In this document: positions 46,024 to 58,370 of the stretch, in pieces
How positions within the stretch are numbered: position 1 is the first letter of the stretch
How the letters are laid out: each line of letters opens with the position of its first letter
Assembly (NCBI GenBank): GCA_016186915.1
Contig: JACPKU010000004.1
Coordinates: 3,168-67,167 of the forward strand
DNA: 64,000 nt
Direction: 5' to 3'
Origin: Candidatus Doudnabacteria bacterium
GTDB taxonomy: Bacteria; Patescibacteriota; Doudnabacteria; UBA920; O2-02-FULL-48-8
Program-made: the position numbers and the translations under genes
Notes under the pieces: generated by a model
Told to the model about the DNA's origin: nothing
What the model saw: the letters and a program-made list of their open reading frames with translations, nothing else
Databases searched by the model: none

Positions 46024-49000
46024 ATGACCTCAAAAGGAAAAATGGCTAATTTAAGCCTTAATTTTAAAAGCCCCTCCAAATTCAAGACTGGGAGAAAGTT
46101 CTTTACCCAGTTCCATGATGTCATGGAAATGCCTAATTTGATTGAGGTTCAGCTCAATTCCTATCAGTGGTTTTTGGAAAAGGGACTCAAGGAATTGTTC
46201 GATGAAATCAATTCAATCAAAGATTTTACAGGTAAAAATTTGGAACTGTTCTTTGGGAAGTACTTTCTCGACAAACCCAAATACGACGAGAAAACCGCAA
46301 AAGAACGAAACACCACCTATGAAGCGCCTCTGTACGTTTCGGTAAAACTGGCCAACAAAGCCACTAACAAAACCAAAACACAGGATGTCTACATAGGTGA
46401 TTTTCCTTTAATGACTCCCCGCGGCACTTTTGTCATCAACGGGGTTGAGCGAGTGGTGGTCTCTCAGCTGGTTAAATCCCCCGGCGTATTTTTCAGCGGC
46501 GAAGCCGCCCGGGGCAGGAATTGGTATGGTGCAAAAATAATTCCGAATAGGGGCGCCTGGCTGGAACTGGAAACTGATCTCAACGGCGTGCTTAGTGTGA
46601 AAATTGATCGCAAGCGTCGTATCCCGGTAACTGCCCTGATGCGGGTTTTTGGCTATACAACTGACGAGGAGATATTGGCGGCCGTGGCAGACATAGACAC
46701 CAATCCCGACATGCGCTACCTGCAAGCCACGTTGGAAAAAGATCCTTCCAAAAATCGAGACGAAGGATTTAAAGAAGTTTATAAAAGAATCCGTCCGGGA
46801 GATTTGGCAACTGTAGACAACGCCCGCTCTTTGATCGAGGCGATGTTTTTCCAAGCCGACAGATATGATTTGTCAGAAGTCGGAAGATTCAAACTCAATC
46901 AACGACTTAATATTCTTGACCGCCAAGACCATATTCTCACCAAACAAGATTTAACGGATATCATCCGAGAAGTTATTCGATTGAACAATTCACAAGAAGG
47001 CTGGGACGACATCGATCATTTGTCCAATCGAAGAGTGCGCGCAGTCGGGGAACTGATCCAAAGTAAATTTAGAATCGGACTGGCCCGGATGAGCAGAATC
47101 GCCAAAGATCGAATGAGCTTAGCCGATCTTGAGACTGTAACGCCAGCTCAACTCATCCACGTCCGCCCGATTGTCGCCGTCATTCAGGAATTTTTCTCTT
47201 CTTCACAACTCTCTCAGTTTATGGACCAGACCAATCCATTGGCGGAGCTGGAACACAAACGAAGGCTTAGTGCTATGGGTCCGGGCGGGCTTTCCCGTGA
47301 GCGCGCGGGATTTGAAGTGCGAGACGTCCACCGTTCTCACTATGGTAGGCTTTGTCCAATCACCACACCGGAAGGCCCGAACATCGGCTTGGTTGCGCAC
47401 TTGGCCAGCTATGCCAAAATTAATGAATTCGGTTTTATTGAAACCCCGTACCGCAAGCTTTTGAAGCAGGTCCCCAATGACGGCAAGAGCGCAGTGGGAC
47501 ATTTGAGCCTGAATGATATTTCTGACGGAAACGAGCAATTGATTGTGGCGGCTGATAAGGAGATTACCAAAGAAATTGCCAAGAGGTTGATGGAAAACAA
47601 GAGCTTGGCTCAAGTTTTGATTAAGCCTGTGGTGACAGACGAAGTTGAGTATTTGGATGCCTATGAAGAAGAACAAATGGTGATTGCCCAAGCCACCGCT
47701 GAGTTTGATGAGCGCGGGCATTTTACCGAACCCCGGGCTTCGGTGCGCGTGCACGGCGTGCCTTCCATCGCATCCACTTCTGACATTGACTATATTGAAG
47801 TCTCTCCCAAACAGATTATTTCGATCACCACTTCTTTAATTCCTTTTTTGGAGCACGATGACGCCAACCGCGCGTTGATGGGTTCGAACATGCAGCGCCA
47901 AGCAGTGTCTTGCATTAAACCAGAGGCCCCGGTAGTCGGCACTGGCGTGGAGGCGAAAGCCGCCTACGATTCCGGACAGGTTGTGATCGCGGACACTGAC
48001 GGCACAGTCAGCTCAGTTACCGGCGACAAAATAGTGATTGCGGAAAAGGCCGGTAAAAAAAGAGAATATTACCTGCAGAAGTTTATTCGCTCCAACACTT
48101 CCACGTCCATCAATCAACACCCGATCGTGGAAAAGGGGCAAGTTGTGCAAGCCGGCGATCCGATTGCCGACGGAGCAGCCACGGAAAATGGAGAACTGGC
48201 CTTGGGCCAGAATTTGTTGGTCGCGTTTGTCTCTTGGGAGGGCGGCAATTATGAAGATGCGATTTTAATTTCCTCTCGGGTGGTGGAAGAAGATCGCTAT
48301 TCCTCGATTCATATTGAAGATTTTAAAGTTGATGTCCGAGACACCAAGCTGGGACCGGAAATCATTACTCGGGACATTCCTAATGTCGGCGAAGAAAAAT
48401 TAAAGGATTTGGACGAAAACGGAGTGGTGAGGATTGGGGCGCAGGTGAAAGCTGGCGACATTCTGGTCGGCAAAATTACGCCGAAAGGCGAAACTGACCT
48501 GACTGCAGAAGAAAAATTGCTGCGAGTAATTTTTGGCGAGAAGTCGAGAGATGTAAAAGACACTTCCTTATCCCTGCCTCACGGCGAATACGGCAAGGTG
48601 GTCCACATCAGAGAGTTCTCCCGCGAACAGGGAGACAAACTGCCTTCTGGCGTGATCAAATCGATTCAAGTATCTGTGGCAGTTTTGCGGAAAATTCAGG
48701 TCGGAGACAAAATGGCCGGCCGCCATGGAAACAAGGGGGTAATTTCTCGCGTCATTCCGATTGAGGATGTGCCGTTTACTCAAGACGGGACTCCGGTGGA
48801 TATTATTTTAAATCCTATGGGTGTGGCTAGTCGTATGAACATCGGACAGATTTTGGAAACTCACTTGGGATTCGCGGCAAAAAAGTTTAATTACAATATC
48901 GCCTCTCCGGCACTGGATGGCGTGCCTGAAGAAACCATTAAGTCGGAATTGAAGCGCGCTGGTTTTCCAGAAGACGGCAAAGTGGCTTTGTTTGACGGGA

Positions 49001-49518
49001 AAACCGGAGAACAATTTGCGGAAAAAGTTACCGTTGGCGTGATTTACATGCTTAAACTCCACCATTTGGTGGATGATAAGATGCACGCCCGCTCCACCGG
49101 TCCCTACTCTTTGATCACCCAGCAGCCCTTGGGCGGCAAGGCACAGTTCGGCGGCCAGCGATTTGGCGAAATGGAAGTCTGGGCCTTGGAAGGCTACGGC
49201 GCGGCCCATACTTTGCAGGAGATGTTGACCATCAAATCCGATGACGTGGTGGGCCGGGCTAAAACTTATGAATCAATCGTGAAAGGCGAACCGATTAAAA
49301 AGCCCAATGTCCCAGAGTCTTTCCGGGTTTTGGTCAAAGAGCTCCAATCCCTGTGTCTTAATGTAGAATTGGTCGGCGAGAAAAAACAAGAAGATATGGA
49401 GGCCAGTCCCGAGGGAGAAATTAAGGAGTTGGCCACTACTGATGAGAAGCTGGAAGTAGAGAAGGAAGTTGTAGGTGTGGATGATAAGCCGAAAAAGAAG
49501 CTAAAAAGTAACAAGTAA
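46024..49518 (+). CDS. rpoB: DNA-directed RNA polymerase subunit beta
   Basis: Conserved rpoB blocks throughout ([20 protein letters not shown], etc.). Confidence 0.97.
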   Translation: MTSKGKMANLSLNFKSPSKFKTGRKFFTQFHDVMEMPNLIEVQLNSYQWFLEKGLKELFDEINSIKDFTGKNLELFFGKYFLDKPKYDEKTAKERNTTYEAPLYVSVKLANKATNKTKTQDVYIGDFPLMTPRGTFVINGVERVVVSQLVKSPGVFFSGEAARGRNWYGAKIIPNRGAWLELETDLNGVLSVKIDRKRRIPVTALMRVFGYTTDEEILAAVADIDTNPDMRYLQATLEKDPSKNRDEGFKEVYKRIRPGDLATVDNARSLIEAMFFQADRYDLSEVGRFKLNQRLNILDRQDHILTKQDLTDIIREVIRLNNSQEGWDDIDHLSNRRVRAVGELIQSKFRIGLARMSRIAKDRMSLADLETVTPAQLIHVRPIVAVIQEFFSSSQLSQFMDQTNPLAELEHKRRLSAMGPGGLSRERAGFEVRDVHRSHYGRLCPITTPEGPNIGLVAHLASYAKINEFGFIETPYRKLLKQVPNDGKSAVGHLSLNDISDGNEQLIVAADKEITKEIAKRLMENKSLAQVLIKPVVTDEVEYLDAYEEEQMVIAQATAEFDERGHFTEPRASVRVHGVPSIASTSDIDYIEVSPKQIISITTSLIPFLEHDDANRALMGSNMQRQAVSCIKPEAPVVGTGVEAKAAYDSGQVVIADTDGTVSSVTGDKIVIAEKAGKKREYYLQKFIRSNTSTSINQHPIVEKGQVVQAGDPIADGAATENGELALGQNLLVAFVSWEGGNYEDAILISSRVVEEDRYSSIHIEDFKVDVRDTKLGPEIITRDIPNVGEEKLKDLDENGVVRIGAQVKAGDILVGKITPKGETDLTAEEKLLRVIFGEKSRDVKDTSLSLPHGEYGKVVHIREFSREQGDKLPSGVIKSIQVSVAVLRKIQVGDKMAGRHGNKGVISRVIPIEDVPFTQDGTPVDIILNPMGVASRMNIGQILETHLGFAAKKFNYNIASPALDGVPEETIKSELKRAGFPEDGKVALFDGKTGEQFAEKVTVGVIYMLKLHHLVDDKMHARSTGPYSLITQQPLGGKAQFGGQRFGEMEVWALEGYGAAHTLQEMLTIKSDDVVGRAKTYESIVKGEPIKKPNVPESFRVLVKELQSLCLNVELVGEKKQEDMEASPEGEIKELATTDEKLEVEKEVVGVDDKPKKKLKSNK

Positions 49519-49537
49519 CAGCTAATTTATTAACTTT

Positions 49538-52500
49538 ATGCTGACTCAAGCAGAAGAATTTAAGGCCGTTCGTCTCAAACTTGCTTCCCCGCAGGATATT
49601 TTGGCCTGGTCATATGGCGAGGTGACAAAACCAGAAACCATTAATTACCGAACCCAGCGGCCGGAAAAGGACGGCTTGTTTGATGAGAAGATTTTCGGTC
49701 CTATCAAGGACTGGGAGTGTTACTGCGGCAAGTACAAGCGGATCCGATACAAAGGAATAGTCTGCGATAAATGCGGCGTGGAAGTGACCAAGGCTTCAGT
49801 CAGACGGGAGCGCATGGGCCACATCAAACTGGCTGCCCCGGTAGCACACATTTGGTTTTTGCGCGGGGTGCCGTCTAGACTTGGTTTGGTGTTGGATTTG
49901 TCTGTGCAGGAACTGGAAAAAGTCGTTTATTTTGCCGCTTACATTATTACTCAAGTGGACGAAGAGGCCCGAGCCAATACGCTCGAACAAATTGAGCGAG
50001 AATTTAAAAGCAAGAAAAAAGAAATTGAAGGACGCTATACCGGATTGCTTAATCATGCCAAGTCTTCCCAAAAGCAGGCAGACAAGGAAGACGCAGAAAT
50101 GCTCCGCGTGAGAGATATGTGGGATAAGGAGCTGGAGCATTTAGAATCTATCCGCGATTTAGCCAGAAGCGAGTTAAAGTCAATCAAGAAATACCAGATT
50201 GTTTCTGAGTTGGAATACCGAGATCTTTCTTTGAAATACGGCCCGGTGTTTCAGGCCAGCATCGGCGCTGCCGCTATTCAGCAATTGGTGCAAGAGATTA
50301 ATTTAGAAGAACTGCTCAATAGTTTATTAGAGCAGGGCGCTGCTTCAGAAGGCAGTGTCAACGAGCGCAAGCTGACTCGCAGAGTCAAGCTCATGAAATC
50401 CATGATTAAGGCCGGGATCAGGCCGGACTGGATGATCATTGATAATTTGCCTGTCATCCCGCCAGATCTTCGTCCCATGGTGCAATTGGACGGCGGCCGG
50501 TTCGCCGCCTCTGATTTGAATGATCTTTATCGGCGCGTGATCAACCGCAATAATCGGTTGAAAAAACTTCTGGACATCGGCGCGCCTGAAGTGATCACCC
50601 GCAACGAAAAGCGCATGCTGCAGGAAGCAGTGGATGCTTTGATAGATAACTCCATCAGACACGGCAAAGAGGTTACTGCCTCCACCGGACAGAAAAGAAA
50701 GTTAAGATCCTTAGCCGACATGCTGAAAGGCAAGCAAGGGCGATTCCGACAGAATTTGCTTGGCAAGCGCGTGGACTACTCGGGACGCAGTGTGATTGTG
50801 GGGGGGTCTAGTTTGAAACTCCATCAGTGTGGTTTGCCGAAGAAAATGGCCTTGGAGTTATTCAAGCCATTTGTGATTTCCAAACTTATCATCAGAGAGT
50901 TTGCCCACAACGTGCGCTCTGCCAACCGTCTGATCGAGCAAGGCAAGACAGAGGTTTATGATATTTTGGAAGAAGTGACCAAGGATCATTATGTGCTGTT
51001 GAACCGGGCGCCTACTCTTCACCGTCTTGGCTTCCAGGCGTTTTTGCCGGTGTTGATTGAAGGCAAGGCCATACAGATTCACCCGCTGGTTTGCAGTGCC
51101 TTTAACGCTGACTTTGACGGCGACCAAATGGCGGTGCACGTGTCCCTCACAGCCGCGGCGCAAGAGGAAGCGAAAAATATTATGTTGTCTTCTCGCAACC
51201 TGCTAAAGCCTGCTTCTGGCGAGCCAATCATGGGTCCGAACCAGGATATGGTGCTTGGCTGCTACTGGTTGACTAGGATTCGTCCGGGAGAGAAGGGCGA
51301 AGGAAAAATTTTTTCCAGCCCGGAAGAGGCAATTTTGGCTTACCAATCAGGCATAGTGAGTTTGAAAGCGAAAGTCAAGATTAGATTGGGCAAGGGTTGG
51401 GGCAATGCCGGGATTACTGAGACCTGCGTTGGCCGGGTAATGTTTAACCAAGTTTTGCCCAACGAAATGTTGTTTGTTAATGACCTGATGGACAAAAAGA
51501 AACTGCAGCAGGTGGTGCAGGACTGTTACCGCGACCATGGTATTGATCGTACTGCTGTTTTGCTGGACGACATAAAGAGAATCGGATTCCACTATGTAAC
51601 CAAATCCGGCGTGTCTTGGGGAATGGATGATCTGACAGTGCCGAAGATTAAAGAACAGCTGCTTAAGGACGCCGACGAAGCAGTGCTTAAGACCTTTGAG
51701 CAATTCCAGCAAGGATTGCTAACCAGCCAAGAGCGCAGTAATCGGGTGATTGAGATCTGGGCCGAGGTTAGAGATAAAATTACCGAAGGAATCACCACCA
51801 CCCTGGATGAACATGGACCAGTTTATCAGATGGTTAACTCCGGCGCCCGCGGATCGATTTCTCAGATTGCTCAAATGGCGGGAATGAAAGGCCTGGTGAC
51901 CAACCCTGCCGGAGAAGTGATTGAACTGCCCGCCCGCGATTCGTTTAAAGAAGGGCTGAATATTTTGGAATACTTTATTTCCACCCACGGCTCGCGCAAG
52001 GGTATGACTGACACGGCGCTTCGAACCGCGGATGCGGGATATCTTACCCGCCGGCTGGTGGATGTGGCGCAAGACATTGTGATTAATGATAGTGATTGCG
52101 GAGTTGCGGAAGGCCGGGTAATTACCCGGGTGTCTTCTGAGGTTTTGGGCAGGCCGTTGAGCAGGCGAGTGTTCGGTCGAGTTTTGGCCAAAGACGTCAA
52201 AGATGCCGGTGGTAAAGTGGTGGCAAAAGCAGGAAGTTTGGTGGACGATGATTTGGCGGAAAAGATTGAACGCTCCACAGCCAGTGAGGTTACGGTGCGC
52301 ACAGTGCTTCGCTGTACTTTGAGCCGCGGCATCTGCGCTAAGTGTTATGGATATGACTTGGGATTCAACAAGCCAGTGGAATTAGGTTCTGCCGTGGGAA
52401 TAGTTGCCGCCCAAGCTATTGGGGAGCCAGGAACGCAGTTGACCATGAGAACTTTCCACACTGGAGGCGTGGCGGGTTTGGATATTACTCAAGGTTTGCC

Positions 52501-53404
52501 TCGAGTGGAAGAGCTGTTGGAAGCCAGAGAACCAAAAGGGCAAGCAGCGGTTGCCGAGATTGATGGGTTTGTTGTTTCTATCAAGTCAACCAATAAAGAA
52601 TCAACTGTCAGGATAGAAACCAAAGATATTGCCAAGGACGAATACCAACTTGATCTGCCTGCGGTCGGACCAAAATTAGAGCTGAAAGACGGTGAGAACG
52701 TTAAGCAAGGCGACCCTTTGTATACCACCAAGAGTGGAGAATTGGTAAAGGCAAAAGCCGCGGGAGTTGTGAAGATTGGTGATAATAAGTTGTCTGTGAT
52801 CAGAGAATCGGAGAATTTTAAAGAATATATAATTCCCGCAGGATTGGGCTTAACAATCAAAGAAGGCGACTTAGTAACTAAGGGTCAGCCGATCAGCGAA
52901 GGAAACCTAAATCTTCACCAGATCTTTGCCTTGAAAGGGATCGAGGCCTGTCAGGATTATATTATTTCAGACGTGCAGGAAATTTACGCGTCGCAAGGAC
53001 AGAATGTCAACGAAAAACACATTGAAATTATTGTGCGTCAAATGTTTTCCAAGGTCAGAGTAGTGGATCCAGGCAGCACTGAATTAGTGGCCGGGGATTT
53101 GATTGATAAAGCCAGATTGATTCAAGCCAACAAAAAAGTCGGCTCAAAAAGCAAACAGGCCCAGGTTGAGCAGTTGCTAATGGGGATCACTAAGACGTCT
53201 TTGAATACAGAGTCGTTCCTAGCTGCCGCTTCTTTTCAGGAAACCACCCGGGTTTTGATTGAAGCCGCGGTCACGGCCAAGACTGACTATTTGCGGGGAT
53301 TGAAAGAAAATGTGATTATTGGAAAACTCATTCCGGCAGGAACTGGCTTTCGGTCAGAAGCGCTTTTAGAAAAAGAAGCGGACGAGCTAAAAGATAACAT
53401 GTAG
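49538..53404 (+). CDS. rpoC: DNA-directed RNA polymerase subunit beta'
   Basis: Zn-finger CxxC..CxxC, NADFDGDQMAVH, and the trigger-loop region. Confidence 0.97.
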   Translation: MLTQAEEFKAVRLKLASPQDILAWSYGEVTKPETINYRTQRPEKDGLFDEKIFGPIKDWECYCGKYKRIRYKGIVCDKCGVEVTKASVRRERMGHIKLAAPVAHIWFLRGVPSRLGLVLDLSVQELEKVVYFAAYIITQVDEEARANTLEQIEREFKSKKKEIEGRYTGLLNHAKSSQKQADKEDAEMLRVRDMWDKELEHLESIRDLARSELKSIKKYQIVSELEYRDLSLKYGPVFQASIGAAAIQQLVQEINLEELLNSLLEQGAASEGSVNERKLTRRVKLMKSMIKAGIRPDWMIIDNLPVIPPDLRPMVQLDGGRFAASDLNDLYRRVINRNNRLKKLLDIGAPEVITRNEKRMLQEAVDALIDNSIRHGKEVTASTGQKRKLRSLADMLKGKQGRFRQNLLGKRVDYSGRSVIVGGSSLKLHQCGLPKKMALELFKPFVISKLIIREFAHNVRSANRLIEQGKTEVYDILEEVTKDHYVLLNRAPTLHRLGFQAFLPVLIEGKAIQIHPLVCSAFNADFDGDQMAVHVSLTAAAQEEAKNIMLSSRNLLKPASGEPIMGPNQDMVLGCYWLTRIRPGEKGEGKIFSSPEEAILAYQSGIVSLKAKVKIRLGKGWGNAGITETCVGRVMFNQVLPNEMLFVNDLMDKKKLQQVVQDCYRDHGIDRTAVLLDDIKRIGFHYVTKSGVSWGMDDLTVPKIKEQLLKDADEAVLKTFEQFQQGLLTSQERSNRVIEIWAEVRDKITEGITTTLDEHGPVYQMVNSGARGSISQIAQMAGMKGLVTNPAGEVIELPARDSFKEGLNILEYFISTHGSRKGMTDTALRTADAGYLTRRLVDVAQDIVINDSDCGVAEGRVITRVSSEVLGRPLSRRVFGRVLAKDVKDAGGKVVAKAGSLVDDDLAEKIERSTASEVTVRTVLRCTLSRGICAKCYGYDLGFNKPVELGSAVGIVAAQAIGEPGTQLTMRTFHTGGVAGLDITQGLPRVEELLEAREPKGQAAVAEIDGFVVSIKSTNKESTVRIETKDIAKDEYQLDLPAVGPKLELKDGENVKQGDPLYTTKSGELVKAKAAGVVKIGDNKLSVIRESENFKEYIIPAGLGLTIKEGDLVTKGQPISEGNLNLHQIFALKGIEACQDYIISDVQEIYASQGQNVNEKHIEIIVRQMFSKVRVVDPGSTELVAGDLIDKARLIQANKKVGSKSKQAQVEQLLMGITKTSLNTESFLAAASFQETTRVLIEAAVTAKTDYLRGLKENVIIGKLIPAGTGFRSEALLEKEADELKDNM

Positions 53405-53619
53405 ATAAGTTGTGGCTCCCCGTCAATAGGTGTGGTTTGACTCTGATGCGGCGGATTGAGACTTTTTTAAAAAGCAGCTGCATGCATCATTACCTTCTCT
53501 CTTGTTCGTCTTGCTATCAGTTATCTACCACAACGTGTTTTGAGCGGCCGCGCATTTTACGTTAGGTGTTGAATGCTCAAAATTGAATTATTGGTTCTAT
53601 TAGATTCAGAATTTAAGAT

Positions 53620-54141
53620 ATGACCAATTATCTTAGAATTACTATATTAATAGTGATTGCGGGCTTGCTTCTATATTTCGTGCCCAAGACCACCAAGCCT
53701 ATTATAGAGGAAGTTGTGGATTTTGAAACCTGCGCGGACGCCGGCTATCCCATCGCAGAAAGTTTTCCGAGGCAATGCGTGACCCCGGCCGGCCGGACAT
53801 TTGTGGAAGAAACAGGGGTAGAACCAGAGGTGATCGTGGACACGCCGCAAATTGGCGAGCTGGTGACCAGTCCTTTCACGGTTGCAGGCCGAGCCAAAGG
53901 CTATTGGTTTTTTGAAGCGAATCTGCCTGTGACCTTGAAAGATCAAACTGGCAATATTTTAGTCAGGCAAGGGTTTATGACCCAGGACGATTGGATGACC
54001 GAAGACTATGTGGAATTTTCGGATGTGCTAATTTTTCCCACTCCTACCACGGAGTTTGGCGCGCTGATCATTGAAAAAGACAATCCATCGGGCTTGCCCG
54101 AATTCGACGCTTCCTTCGCCGTGCCCGTAAGGTTTAAATAA
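53620..54141 (+). CDS. Hypothetical membrane-anchored protein
   Basis: ORF with an N-terminal TM helix. No confident family. Confidence 0.35.
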   Translation: MTNYLRITILIVIAGLLLYFVPKTTKPIIEEVVDFETCADAGYPIAESFPRQCVTPAGRTFVEETGVEPEVIVDTPQIGELVTSPFTVAGRAKGYWFFEANLPVTLKDQTGNILVRQGFMTQDDWMTEDYVEFSDVLIFPTPTTEFGALIIEKDNPSGLPEFDASFAVPVRFK

Positions 54142-54143
54142 TT

Positions 54144-54179
54144 TTGACAACTACCATGCGATAGGTGGGTAGTTGTCAA
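54144..54179. repeat. Conserved intergenic hairpin element, copy 3
   Basis: ttgacaactaccatgcgataggtgggtagttgtcaa. Confidence 0.6.
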
Positions 54180-54322
54180 GGGGGAAAATCGGGGTGTTTT
54201 AAAAGAGGCTTACGGCTCTTTTTCTTTTTAGTGGAGCAGATTTGATCAGGCGCCTGCTCCGATTCGCCGTCTTCGGCGAGGCGGAAAAACCTGCTTTCGC
54301 TTTAGTTAGCCATAAATAAGGA

Positions 54323-56968
<2,646 letters not shown>

Positions 56969-56996
56969 CGGGATCTTTCGATTTCGCTTCGCTTCA

Positions 56997-57038
56997 CTCA
57001 GGGATCAAGCTATGTTGTTGCCTGAGCTTGTCGAAGGC
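56997..57038. repeat. ~42-bp hairpin repeat, copy I (intergenic)
   Basis: ctcagggatcaagctatgttgttgcctgagcttgtcgaaggc. Confidence 0.7.
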
Positions 57039-57189
57039 TAAAAAATATAAAAAGCACCATAGGTGCTTAGAGTCCAGTCTTTGACCGGACGGTACCATCT
57101 TAAGCTTTCACTTAATCAATTGCTTTAACGGGCAATCTCCGGTGAGTTCTACTAACTGCGAAGCAGTTACCCCGAGCTTAGTCGATCAA

Positions 57190-58299
57190 TCAGGCAAGAG
57201 CAAGGTTCGGGTCAGCGACGAATGTCTTAGTGGGTAGTTTGCTCCGACGCTTCGGTCGGAGTCTCGACCTGACAATTTCAGCGTCGGGATAGTGGGTAGT
57301 GAGTAGTTTGTAATGAGCAGCAAGACCAATCATTGCGGCATTGTCTGTGCAGTATTTAAGCGGGGGGATACTGACTGAGAGCTGATAGCTCTTAGCTAAT
57401 AGCTTATAGCGAGCACGCAGGAGGTCGTTGGCTGCAACACCACCGCCGAGCATAATAGTTTTGGGTTGGTATTTTTTAATCGCTTGTTCTGTTTTGGCAA
57501 TCAGGACATCCACGATGGCTTGCTGGACGGAGGCGGCTAAGTTAGCTTTTAGCTTCCCTCTCTGTCCATTCCCGCGAAAGCGGGAATCTAATTTTTGGAC
57601 CTCATATAAAACAGCGGTTTTGAGTCCGGAAAAACTGAAATTTAAATCATCAGAATTAATCATCGGACGAGGAAACTTAAAAGCATGAGGATTGCCGTTT
57701 TTTGCAAGCTTGCTTAAATGCGGCCCACCAGGATATGGTAGTCCCAACAGTCTTGCGGTTTTATCAAATGCCTCGCCTGCAGCATCATCTACGGTTTCGC
57801 CAATGATTTTGTATTGCCCGTGTCCTCGCATCAGTACTAACATAGTATGCCCGCCGGAGACAATCAAGATAATCGCGGGAAATTTGACCCTTCGACTACG
57901 CTCAGGGATCAAACTTTTATGTTGCCTGAGCTTGTCGAAGGCAACGTTGGCATAGATGTGCGCCTCGAGATGATTAATCGGTAAAACCGGTTTGTTCAAG
58001 GTTAAGCCTAAAGTTTTGGCAGTGTCTACGCCCACCATAAGAGACGTCATCAGCCCTGGCCCTTTTGTTACTGCGATATAGTCAATTTCCGCAAGTTTGG
58101 TTTTGGCTTTCTTGAGGGCCAGGTTAATGGTTGGGATGATAGAAAGGACGTGTTCTCTGGCTGCCACTTCCGGCACTACCCCGCCGTATTTCAGGTGGGT
58201 CTTGGCCTGCGAGGCCAAGATATTGGATTTGATTTGGCCGTTAACGATTATGGCTGCGCCAGTTTCATCACAACTGGTTTCAAGGGCGAGTATTGTCAT
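57190..58299 (-). CDS. tsaD: tRNA N6-adenosine threonylcarbamoyltransferase TsaD (Kae1/Gcp)
   Basis: MTILALETSCDETGAAI, the His-His metal motif region, and SGGVAAN. It carries an internal repeat-derived insertion and a C-terminal extension. Confidence 0.9.
   Translation of the reverse strand: MTILALETSCDETGAAIIVNGQIKSNILASQAKTHLKYGGVVPEVAAREHVLSIIPTINLALKKAKTKLAEIDYIAVTKGPGLMTSLMVGVDTAKTLGLTLNKPVLPINHLEAHIYANVAFDKLRQHKSLIPERSRRVKFPAIILIVSGGHTMLVLMRGHGQYKIIGETVDDAAGEAFDKTARLLGLPYPGGPHLSKLAKNGNPHAFKFPRPMINSDDLNFSFSGLKTAVLYEVQKLDSRFRGNGQRGKLKANLAASVQQAIVDVLIAKTEQAIKKYQPKTIMLGGGVAANDLLRARYKLLAKSYQLSVSIPPLKYCTDNAAMIGLAAHYKLLTTHYPDAEIVRSRLRPKRRSKLPTKTFVADPNLALA
57901..57942. repeat. ~42-bp hairpin repeat, copy II (in frame inside tsaD)
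   Basis: ctcagggatcaaacttttatgttgcctgagcttgtcgaaggc. The minus strand encodes FDKLRQHKSLIPER. Confidence 0.7.
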
Positions 58300-58370
58300 A
58301 ATCTAAAGTATAACTTTTTTTAGTCAACAAAAAAAGCCTCGAACATCGAGGCCTTTTAAGTGATCAGCTT

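Noticed and set aside
46024-53404. Numerous 60-180-aa antisense or alternate-frame ORFs within rpoB/rpoC (and similarly inside gyrA, valS, PBP, uvrB)
   Set aside because: They are embedded in strongly supported conserved genes, with no independent signals.
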